32,675 nucleotides of DNA from Pseudomonadota bacterium. GTDB taxonomy: Bacteria; Pseudomonadota; Gammaproteobacteria; Xanthomonadales; Xanthomonadaceae. The translations under genes and the position numbers were made by a program. Numbering within the stretch: the stretch's first letter is position 1; the number at the start of each line of letters is the position of its first letter. The notes under the pieces were generated by a model that was not told where the DNA came from, did no database searches, and saw nothing but the letters and a program-made list of their open reading frames with translations. This document shows, in pieces, positions 7,270 through 14,753 of the stretch. Location: positions 1 through 32,675 of the forward strand of contig JAEXNZ010000299.1 in assembly GCA_023439425.1 (NCBI GenBank), in the 5' to 3' direction.

Positions 7270-8943
7270 TCACAGCTCAAGCATCTTCACATCCGTTTTG
7301 GGCAACAGGCGGGAGGTGAAGTACTTGTCCTTGTAGTACTTGATCTTGTCGCACTTGACCGGATGCGGAATGCCTTCGTACAGGAACACCTCGTGGTCCA
7401 TGCCCATGGCCTTGAGTTCCTGCGGCAGCATCAGCGCACGGCGCTCTTCGGTGAAGTTGTGGGTCTTCTCACGCGCATGGGTGACGTTCTTCTTGCGCAC
7501 GGTGGTGTAACCGAGCATTTCCGAATAGTCGTTGGCGTCCTGCTGTTCGCGCGGGGCGTACAGGATCTGCAGCGCGTGGTTGGTGATGATGGTGCGCGAC
7601 ACGTCGCGGCCGTAGGTGGCATCCAACTGGGCCATGCTCTGGATGATGGGCAGCAGGCGCACGTTGTAACCGGCCATGTAGGACACGGCCGAGGCAATGA
7701 TGTCGACCTTGCCGATGGAGGTGAATTCGTCCATCAGCAGCAGCACCTGGTACTTCAACTCCGGATTGCCCTTGGGCAGTTCCTTGGTGTTGAGGTTGAT
7801 GATCTGGCTGAAGAACAGGTTGATGATGAGGCGGCTTTCGGCCAGCTTGTTGGGCTGGATGCCGATGTAGACGGTCATCTTCTTCTTGCGCAGGTCGGTG
7901 AGCAGGAAGTCGTTGGCGCTGGTGGCCTTGTCCAGCACCGGGTTGATCCAGGCGTTCAGCGGTTCCTTGAAGGTGCCCATGATGGACGCGAAGGTCTCGT
8001 CCGCCTGCGACAGCATGTTGGCGAATGCAGCCTTTGCATTGCCCGACAGGAACGGCTGCGTGGACAGCGACTGCAGGTACTTCTTCAGGTCGGTGCCGTC
8101 GCCGGTGGACAGGCGGAAGATGGCACCGAGGGTGGGCGTGCCGCTACCGGCCGGGAAGCCCATGGCGCGCTCGTCGTCCCAGTTCTCGAACAGGTACAGG
8201 CCAAAGGCCATGAAGGCATTGCGCGCCTGGCTGATCCAGAACTTCTGATCGTCCGAGCCGTCCGGATACAGCATGGCGGCGATGCTCATCAGTTCGGAGA
8301 CGCGGAAATTCTGGTCGTCGGAGACGTAGCTGAGCGGATTCCAGCGATGGGTACGCTTGTCTTCGGCGAAGGGATTGAACAGGAACACCTCATGGCCCTG
8401 GCTGGCACGCCAGCCGCTGGTGAGGTCGAAGTTTTCCTGCTTGATGTCCAGCACGACGATGGATTCGCCGTACTCGAGCAGATTCGGAATCACCACGCCC
8501 ACGCCCTTGCCCGAACGGGTGGGCGCGGCCAGGATCACGAACTGCTGGCCACCCAGGCGCACCAGCTTGCCGCCGAAGCTGCCGACAACGATGCCGTTCT
8601 CGGCCTTTTTGAACATGCCGTGTTTGGCCAGGTCGGCGGCCGAGGCAAAGCGCGCATCGCCGTGGATCGACTTCTTCTTCGGCTTGAACATCAAGAACAG
8701 CACGACCAGCAGCACCAGCAGCGGCAGGCCAAAGCCGAGCACGCCGGCCAGCTTGATCTTGGTCAGATAAGGGGCCACCGCGGGCTGGTCCATGGCCTGC
8801 ACGTACTGCAGGTAGGTGTTCCACTTGTAATAAGTGGTTTCCACGCCCAGGAACGTCAGCGTCAGGTAGCCGGCCAGCGCATAGCCGGCAATCGCGGTCA
8901 CCAGAACAAGCACAGCAGTGGCAACAGACTTCTGCGTGGACAA
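7270..8943 (-). CDS. virD4: Type IV coupling protein VirD4
   Basis: 557 aa, TTG start after GGAGG. Two N-terminal TMs, HGDARFA, Walker A APTRSGKG, RWNPL, Walker B LLLMDEF, IIQSMAQLDATYG. Confidence 0.96.
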   Translation of the reverse strand: MSTQKSVATAVLVLVTAIAGYALAGYLTLTFLGVETTYYKWNTYLQYVQAMDQPAVAPYLTKIKLAGVLGFGLPLLVLLVVLFLMFKPKKKSIHGDARFASAADLAKHGMFKKAENGIVVGSFGGKLVRLGGQQFVILAAPTRSGKGVGVVIPNLLEYGESIVVLDIKQENFDLTSGWRASQGHEVFLFNPFAEDKRTHRWNPLSYVSDDQNFRVSELMSIAAMLYPDGSDDQKFWISQARNAFMAFGLYLFENWDDERAMGFPAGSGTPTLGAIFRLSTGDGTDLKKYLQSLSTQPFLSGNAKAAFANMLSQADETFASIMGTFKEPLNAWINPVLDKATSANDFLLTDLRKKKMTVYIGIQPNKLAESRLIINLFFSQIINLNTKELPKGNPELKYQVLLLMDEFTSIGKVDIIASAVSYMAGYNVRLLPIIQSMAQLDATYGRDVSRTIITNHALQILYAPREQQDANDYSEMLGYTTVRKKNVTHAREKTHNFTEERRALMLPQELKAMGMDHEVFLYEGIPHPVKCDKIKYYKDKYFTSRLLPKTDVKMLEL

Positions 8944-8981
8944 ACCCTATCCTCCATGACGCGCCCCGAGGGGCGCTGCGG

Positions 8982-9236
8982 CTAGCGACGACGCCGGCGT
9001 GGCCTCGTACGCGTTTCTTTCCTTTCGTCTTCCGCCAGGACGGGCTCGTCCTGTTCCAGCAGTTCGCGCCAGCGGGCGTGCGCCTGTTCGAGCGAAAGAA
9101 CCTCACTGATTCTCTCACCGCCAGTCGTCAGCACGGCATAGCCGATCACGTCCGCCGGGTTGTAGACCGGTGAATGTGTCAACGCTACCAGCTGATACCT
9201 GCCATCGGCCCGCAATGCATGAGGGTACTGGACCAT
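8982..9236 (-). CDS. Small hypothetical protein upstream of virD4, Arg-rich C-terminus
   Basis: 84 aa, ATG with a GGGGAG RBS; ends 38 bp before the virD4 start on the same strand; protein-like composition. Confidence 0.6.
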   Translation of the reverse strand: MVQYPHALRADGRYQLVALTHSPVYNPADVIGYAVLTTGGERISEVLSLEQAHARWRELLEQDEPVLAEDERKETRTRPRRRRR

Positions 9237-9388
9237 CGTGCAAGCTCCCCGGTCGACTTCAGTGGGCGCATGCTAATCCACACTGCCGCGTATGCCAATC
9301 AGAAAATCCTTACGCGGCGATGGGCGACAGACGGACGGCAAGGCGCGGCAGGCACCATACGGTGCCCGCCGCGCGTTACATCGATGCG

Positions 9389-10072
9389 TTACATGGATTG
9401 ATTGATGTGCGTCGCTACTGGCACGTTCGGCGCAGCATCGCCGGCGTTGCGCCGGATGACCACCGGTTCCCTTACCCGCTGCGCCACATAGGAAAGGCTG
9501 GCGGCCAGGATGAAGGTATAGCCCAGCAGTTCGGTGGTCTCTTCAATGGTGTTCTTGAACACCCGGATGTACTGGTCGCCGAGCAGCCCCGTCCACAGCG
9601 AGGTCATGCCGATCAGGCGCGAGTAGAACAGCAGCAGCACCAGACCAATGACCATCACCGTGCCGGGGCGCGAGCCAAGGAAGCGGACCAGGCCTGACAC
9701 CGACGCGCGCAGGTCACGGCTTGCCCAGCCCAACGAGCCCACGATCAACAGCGCCACCGGGTACTTCCAAAGACCATGCGCGATCAGATCCAGCGCTTCA
9801 TCCATCTCGCGCAGGAACATGCAGGCAAAGAAGGCGGCGGCCAGCACGGCGAAGCGACGATCATCGCGGCGTGCGATCGCCAACCGCACGAAGGCCAGCA
9901 CGCTGGCCGCGAGGAAGCCTTCCTGGGTCAACTCCACCAGCGACCACTCGCCCACCGCGTTGCCCAGCCAATGGATGTCCAGCCACGCCAGCAGCGGCGG
10001 CAACGTCACCATCACGCCAAACAGGAACGCTCGGCCCAGGTAGGACACCAGCAGCTGAAGATCATTTTTCAT
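9389..10072 (-). CDS. Hypothetical multi-pass membrane protein
   Basis: About six hydrophobic segments with embedded acidic motifs (VELTQE, LREMD, IEETTELLG). Start ATG 10072 (MKNDLQ) or GTG 10090. Confidence 0.75.
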   Translation of the reverse strand: MKNDLQLLVSYLGRAFLFGVMVTLPPLLAWLDIHWLGNAVGEWSLVELTQEGFLAASVLAFVRLAIARRDDRRFAVLAAAFFACMFLREMDEALDLIAHGLWKYPVALLIVGSLGWASRDLRASVSGLVRFLGSRPGTVMVIGLVLLLFYSRLIGMTSLWTGLLGDQYIRVFKNTIEETTELLGYTFILAASLSYVAQRVREPVVIRRNAGDAAPNVPVATHINQSM

Positions 10073-10112
10073 CGAACGCACCCGCGCCACACACGAAGGG
10101 CGCGCATTATCG

Positions 10113-10140
10113 ATGTCATAAAAATGTCGTTAAACGTCAT
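10113..10140. promoter_or_regulatory. Pho-box-like / OmpR-family direct repeats in a divergent promoter region
   Basis: ATGTCAT-AAAA-ATGTCGT-TAA-ACGTCAT; the first two units are 11 bp apart, resembling CTGTCAT-A(A/T)A(T/A)-CTGTCA(C/T). A minus-strand GATAAT lies adjacent at 10111-10106. Confidence 0.45.
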
Positions 10141-10310
10141 CAATAGAACAATGCGTGACCTTGACCCCTTATCGTTCAGCCACGAGACATGAAGCCGTCC
10201 AATCACCCTACGCACCACTGATTTCCACGAAATCGGGCCGTGTTGGTACGGATTTGCTGCACCGCACCAAGTACAATGGCCCTCCGTAAAAACGGTTACA
10301 TCCTCCCCGC

Positions 10311-11633
10311 ATGAGCTTCACCGCCCCTACCCTCGCCGAGCGCCTGACCCCGCGCGAGCGCACCCTGATCCTGTTGGCCCTGTCGCTGGGCGGCTTTGCC
10401 ATTGGCACCAGCGAGTTCGCCGCCATGGGCCTGATGCTGGAGATCAGCCGCGGCCTGGGCATCGGCGAGACGCAGGTGGGTCATCTCATCAGTGCCTATG
10501 CCATCGGCGTGGTGGTGGGTGCCCCGGTGCTGGCGTTCGCCGGCGCCGGCTATGCGCGCCGCACCCTGCTGCTGGGCCTGATGGGCTTCTATGCGGTGGG
10601 CAACCTGGCCAGCGCGCTGGCTCCCAACTACACCACCATGCTGCTGGCCCGCTTCGTGGCCGGCCTGCCGCACGGTGCCTACTTCGGCGTGGCGATGCTG
10701 GTGGCCGCGGCGATCAGCCCACCGGGCCAGCGCGGCAAAGCCGTGTCCAAGGTGCTGCTGGGCCTTTCCATTGCGATTCTGGTCGGCAACCCGCTGACTA
10801 CCTGGCTGGGCCAGCAGCTGAGCTGGCGCACCGCCTTTGCACTGGTCAGTGTGCTGGCCATTGCCACCGTTGCGATGATCGCCCGCTATCTCCTGCCGGA
10901 CCCGGATGAGGTGCGCACCTCGCCGATGCGCGAACTGCGCGCGTTCAACCGAACCCAGGTGTGGATGGCGTTGGCCATTGGCTCGGTCGGCTTTGCCGGC
11001 ATGTTCTGTGTCTTTACCTACCTGGCCCCCACCCTGGTGCAGGTGACCGGCGTGCGCGAATCGTGGATGCCGGTGGCAGTGGGCATCTTCGGCGTCGGCG
11101 CGATCATCGGCAATGTCGCCGGCGGCTGGCTGGTGGACAAATTCCAGTTCCGCGCCGCGCCCATCGTGCTGCTGTGGTCGGTGGTGGTGCTCATGCTGTT
11201 CCCGCTGGCCGCCAACGCCGTGTGGAGCGTGGTGCCGGTGATTGTCGCCGTGGGCACCATGGGCGCACTGGCCGCTGTGCTGCAGACCCGCCTGATGGAC
11301 GTGGCTGGCGAAGCCCAGACCCTGGCCGCTGCGTCCAATCATGCGGCGTTCAATACCGCCAACGCGCTCGGCCCGTGGCTGGGTGGCATGGCGATTGGTG
11401 CCGGTTTCAGCCCGGCGGTCACCGGCTATGTCGGCGCTGCCACCGCGGTGGGCGGCCTGCTGCTGTGGGGCGTGGCGGTGCTGGTGGAACGCCAGGGCGT
11501 GCGCAGGTTGCCTGCGAGCAGCGCTGACACGCATGGCGTGTCATTACGCGGGGCGTGCACAACGTTCCGACGGATTGCGGATGGCCGGTCACCCCTCGGT
11601 GACCGGCTGCCCACCGCGCTGATCAGAACTTGA
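10311..11633 (+). CDS. MFS transporter, DHA1 type (AraJ/YdhP/NepI-like)
   Basis: 440 aa, about 12 TMs. FAIGTSEF, GHLISAYAIG, ARFVAGLPHGAYFG, AFNTANALGPWLGG. The last ~35 aa look like read-through and overlap the TBDR stop. Confidence 0.9.
   Translation: MSFTAPTLAERLTPRERTLILLALSLGGFAIGTSEFAAMGLMLEISRGLGIGETQVGHLISAYAIGVVVGAPVLAFAGAGYARRTLLLGLMGFYAVGNLASALAPNYTTMLLARFVAGLPHGAYFGVAMLVAAAISPPGQRGKAVSKVLLGLSIAILVGNPLTTWLGQQLSWRTAFALVSVLAIATVAMIARYLLPDPDEVRTSPMRELRAFNRTQVWMALAIGSVGFAGMFCVFTYLAPTLVQVTGVRESWMPVAVGIFGVGAIIGNVAGGWLVDKFQFRAAPIVLLWSVVVLMLFPLAANAVWSVVPVIVAVGTMGALAAVLQTRLMDVAGEAQTLAAASNHAAFNTANALGPWLGGMAIGAGFSPAVTGYVGAATAVGGLLLWGVAVLVERQGVRRLPASSADTHGVSLRGACTTFRRIADGRSPLGDRLPTALIRT
11584..11607. 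terminator. Terminator-like hairpin between the convergent MFS and TBDR genes
   Basis: GCCGGTCACC-cctc-GGTGACCGGC, a perfect 10-bp GC stem 15 nt past the TBDR stop; no clear U-tract. Confidence 0.55.
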
Positions 11634-14496
11634 TCGACATCCGCGCCCAGTAGAAGCGACCGAGCACGTCATAGGTGGCCACGTCGGTGTTGCCGTTGCC
11701 GCCGTTGTTGGCGTAGTACAGCGGAGCCTGCTTGTTGGTCACGTTGTCCACGCCCAGCTCGAACGCGGTGTGCCACGGGGCCACGGTGTAGCCCACCTGC
11801 AGGTTGTGATACACGAACGACCCGATTCGCCGCACCACGCCGGCCTCGTCGGTATCGGCTGACAGGCCCTGGTCCAGGTCGCTGCTGCCGATGCGGGTCT
11901 TGCCGATGTAACGGACGCGCCACGAGGCGCTCCAGTCGTCCTTGTTCCAGCTCAACGTGCCCAGCCCGCGCCAGCGCGGGAAGTTGCCATAGGCATAGGT
12001 GTACATGCCGCCGTTTCGGATGGTGACGGTACTGGGGTCGGTGGTGTCCGGCAGCACGTCGTAGCGCTCCAGATAGGTGCCGTTGAGGCCGGCGCTGAAG
12101 CGGCCCCACGGGGTTTCGTTCAAACGGTAGTTCACGCTGAAGTCCACACCGCGCGTGGCCAGCGTGCCCAGATTGACGGTGGGCTCGGCCACATAGTTGA
12201 TGGTGCCATTGCCGTTGCGGTGGATCAGCGCGCAGAACGCACTTGCCGGGTTCGAGTAGCACTGGTTCAGCACGGTCTGGGCGGAGACGCCGGTGATGGT
12301 GTCCTCCAGGTCGATGCGCCACCAGTCGGCACTGATCGACAGCCCCTCCAGCCATCGCGGGTCATACACGAAACCGACGTCGTACGACTTGCCGGTTTCC
12401 GGCTTCAGCTGATAGCCCGCCACTTCCGCGCCCGACGCCTTTCCCGAGATCTGGCCGTCAGCCTGGTGATAGCTGCCATCGGTCGGCACGTTGGCACAAG
12501 CCACGTCATTGCCGCCGGTGTAGCCATTGCACGGGTCGTTGACCGTCGGCGCGTCGCCCACCACGCCCGAGTACAGCTCATTGATGTTGGGCGCGCGGAA
12601 CACTTCCGACACCGTGCCGCGCAGCAGCAGGTCCTGCACGGGACGGTACTCGATGGACAGCTTGCTGTTGGTCTTGCTGCCGACCGAGCTGTAATCCGAA
12701 AAGCGCGTACCGATGCTGACGTTGAGCGACTGGATGCCCGGCAGATCCTTCAGTAGCGGGAACAGGGCTTCCGCGTAGGCTTCCTTGACGTCGAAGCTGC
12801 CGGTCAGTTGCGAGGCGCAGAATTCGATGACGCCACACAGGCCATTCTCATCACCAGTCCAGAGCGCGTCGGCCTTGCTGGTGCTTTTTTCCTCGCGGTA
12901 GGAAACGCCGACCGCCAGACCCACCATGCCGGCCGGCAACTCGAACAGGTCACCGTTGGCATTGGCTTCGGCCTGCTTGACCGTGTAGACGCTGCTGACC
13001 ACCGGGTTGACGATCATCGACTGCAGCGTGCCCAGGCTGGAGGCGTCGTTGAGATTGAAGATGTTGAGCGGCGTGCAGCCGGCGATCACGTTTCCTGCGC
13101 TGCCGCACTTCACCGTGCCGTCCACGTCGAGGAACGACGGACCGACTGCCTGATTGAACGACGCATAATCCAGGAAGCCATAGTTGGTGGAGGTCTGCTT
13201 CACCCGCCCGTAGTTCAGATTGACGTCCCATTGCCAGGAGCTGCTGCCGAAAGCCCCGCGCAGGCCCGGGCTGATCTGGACGTTGTCGGTCTTGTACTCG
13301 TAGCGGCGATTGCCAAGCACGGTGGCGCGGCTGTTGAGGTCGTTGTAGGACACGCCCGTGGTGCGGTCGGTACCGAAGTTGACCCCGAACGGGTTGTAGT
13401 AGCTGTCGGCGGACACCAGGAAATTGTCGCCGTTGGCGAAGATCGGAATCGGCGCGATCACCGAGGCCGACTCTGTCTTGCTGAACCAGGTGTTGACGTA
13501 ACCCTCAATGTTGTCGGTGAACCGGAACGTCGCCAACGCGAACGCGTTGCTGCGCTCCTGCGGGGTCTGCAGCAGGTTGTACGGCTGGTAGTTGTACGAA
13601 TCGTTTGCCGCGTTGTAACAGTGGAAGTCACCCGGACCGGTGGCACCGGACACCCCACTGTTCAAGGTCACGCGCGAACAGCCATTGGCCGCTGCCAGTG
13701 CGTCCGAGGCGGCAGAGCCGTCATTGAAGTTGATCGACCCGCTCGGCGTGGCGGAGGAGCCCTGCTTCACCGCCTCGCCGCTGCTCAGGTACAGCGCATC
13801 CTTGGAGTAGTCACGGTCGAGCGCCGAGACGGCGTCCAGGTTGTGGTACGACACACCCGCCACGATGCTGCCGCGATCCCAGGCCTTGCCGCCGGTCAGC
13901 GAGAAGTTGCGCCGGTTGCCGTCACCTTCGCTGCTGGTACCGAAGTCCGCGGTGAACTGCACGCCCTCGAAGCGATCACGCAGAATGAAGTTGACCACGC
14001 CACCAATCGCGTCGGAGCCGTAGATGGCCGAGGCACCATCGCTGAGCACTTCGATGCGCTCGATCATGGTGGCCGGAATCGCGTTGACGTCGTTGTAGGC
14101 CAGGCGCACGCCATTGACCAGCACCAGCGTGCGCTTGTCACCCAGGCCGCGCAGCGAGATGGTCGATGCGCCGGTACCGCCGCCGTTGTTGGTATTGGGA
14201 TTGGTGGAGTTGCCGGCGATGGAGGGCAGTTCCTGCAACAGATCACCCACGGTCGCTTTGCCGGTGGCGGCAATCTGCTCCTGGGACACGGTCACCACCG
14301 GGTTGGCGCTTTCGGTATCGACGCGGCGCAGGCGCGAGCCCGTGACCACAATGCTATCCAGGTTGGTGGTCGCGCCGCTGCCGGCGGCCGGGGCCTCCTG
14401 CGCCACGGCAGGTGCAGCAGACGCGAGCAGCAGCACGGCGGCTACGGCAAGGGACAGCGAAGACGCATTCGGTGCATGGAACGGGTGGAACGTCAT
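11623..14496 (-). CDS. TonB-dependent receptor
   Basis: 957 aa. Signal peptide (...AVA/QE), TonB box LDSIVVTGSR, plug motifs ISLRGLG..RTLVLVNG and IERIEVLSDGASAIYGSDAIGGVVNFI, C-terminal Phe; GAGGA RBS. Confidence 0.96.
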   Translation of the reverse strand: MTFHPFHAPNASSLSLAVAAVLLLASAAPAVAQEAPAAGSGATTNLDSIVVTGSRLRRVDTESANPVVTVSQEQIAATGKATVGDLLQELPSIAGNSTNPNTNNGGGTGASTISLRGLGDKRTLVLVNGVRLAYNDVNAIPATMIERIEVLSDGASAIYGSDAIGGVVNFILRDRFEGVQFTADFGTSSEGDGNRRNFSLTGGKAWDRGSIVAGVSYHNLDAVSALDRDYSKDALYLSSGEAVKQGSSATPSGSINFNDGSAASDALAAANGCSRVTLNSGVSGATGPGDFHCYNAANDSYNYQPYNLLQTPQERSNAFALATFRFTDNIEGYVNTWFSKTESASVIAPIPIFANGDNFLVSADSYYNPFGVNFGTDRTTGVSYNDLNSRATVLGNRRYEYKTDNVQISPGLRGAFGSSSWQWDVNLNYGRVKQTSTNYGFLDYASFNQAVGPSFLDVDGTVKCGSAGNVIAGCTPLNIFNLNDASSLGTLQSMIVNPVVSSVYTVKQAEANANGDLFELPAGMVGLAVGVSYREEKSTSKADALWTGDENGLCGVIEFCASQLTGSFDVKEAYAEALFPLLKDLPGIQSLNVSIGTRFSDYSSVGSKTNSKLSIEYRPVQDLLLRGTVSEVFRAPNINELYSGVVGDAPTVNDPCNGYTGGNDVACANVPTDGSYHQADGQISGKASGAEVAGYQLKPETGKSYDVGFVYDPRWLEGLSISADWWRIDLEDTITGVSAQTVLNQCYSNPASAFCALIHRNGNGTINYVAEPTVNLGTLATRGVDFSVNYRLNETPWGRFSAGLNGTYLERYDVLPDTTDPSTVTIRNGGMYTYAYGNFPRWRGLGTLSWNKDDWSASWRVRYIGKTRIGSSDLDQGLSADTDEAGVVRRIGSFVYHNLQVGYTVAPWHTAFELGVDNVTNKQAPLYYANNGGNGNTDVATYDVLGRFYWARMSIKF

Positions 14497-14753
14497 GGCG
14501 AATTTCCTCGGTCATGCGACTGCCGGAGTTCGGGCGACAACACGTCCCCGCACCGGCATGCGCCAGTGGATCGGTTCTTTCGGAGTTATGGACGGGCGTT
14601 CCACGCCCTGAAGATGACTACGTGTTTTTCATCACACGGTCACAATGTGCCGGCCGCCCGGTGCGACGTCTTGACGCTTTTACTGCATCTGGATGCGGAA
14701 TAAGGCATGGCGGCAGGTGCACTGGGAACGGCCCAGCCACGCAGGGCGTGGCT

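Noticed and set aside
1..8943. Conjugative element / ICE interpretation of the vir genes
   Set aside because: No relaxase, oriT, integrase or att site is visible; gene order and VirB7 form match the chromosomal X-T4SS.
10311..11633. MFS as the arabinose transporter of the catabolic locus
   Set aside because: Opposite strand, own promoter region and generic DHA1-type sequence; the AraJ-like resemblance does not establish substrate.
8982..11633. Functional link between the T4SS and the catabolic cluster
   Set aside because: Only proximity supports it; the two are separated by unrelated divergent and convergent genes.
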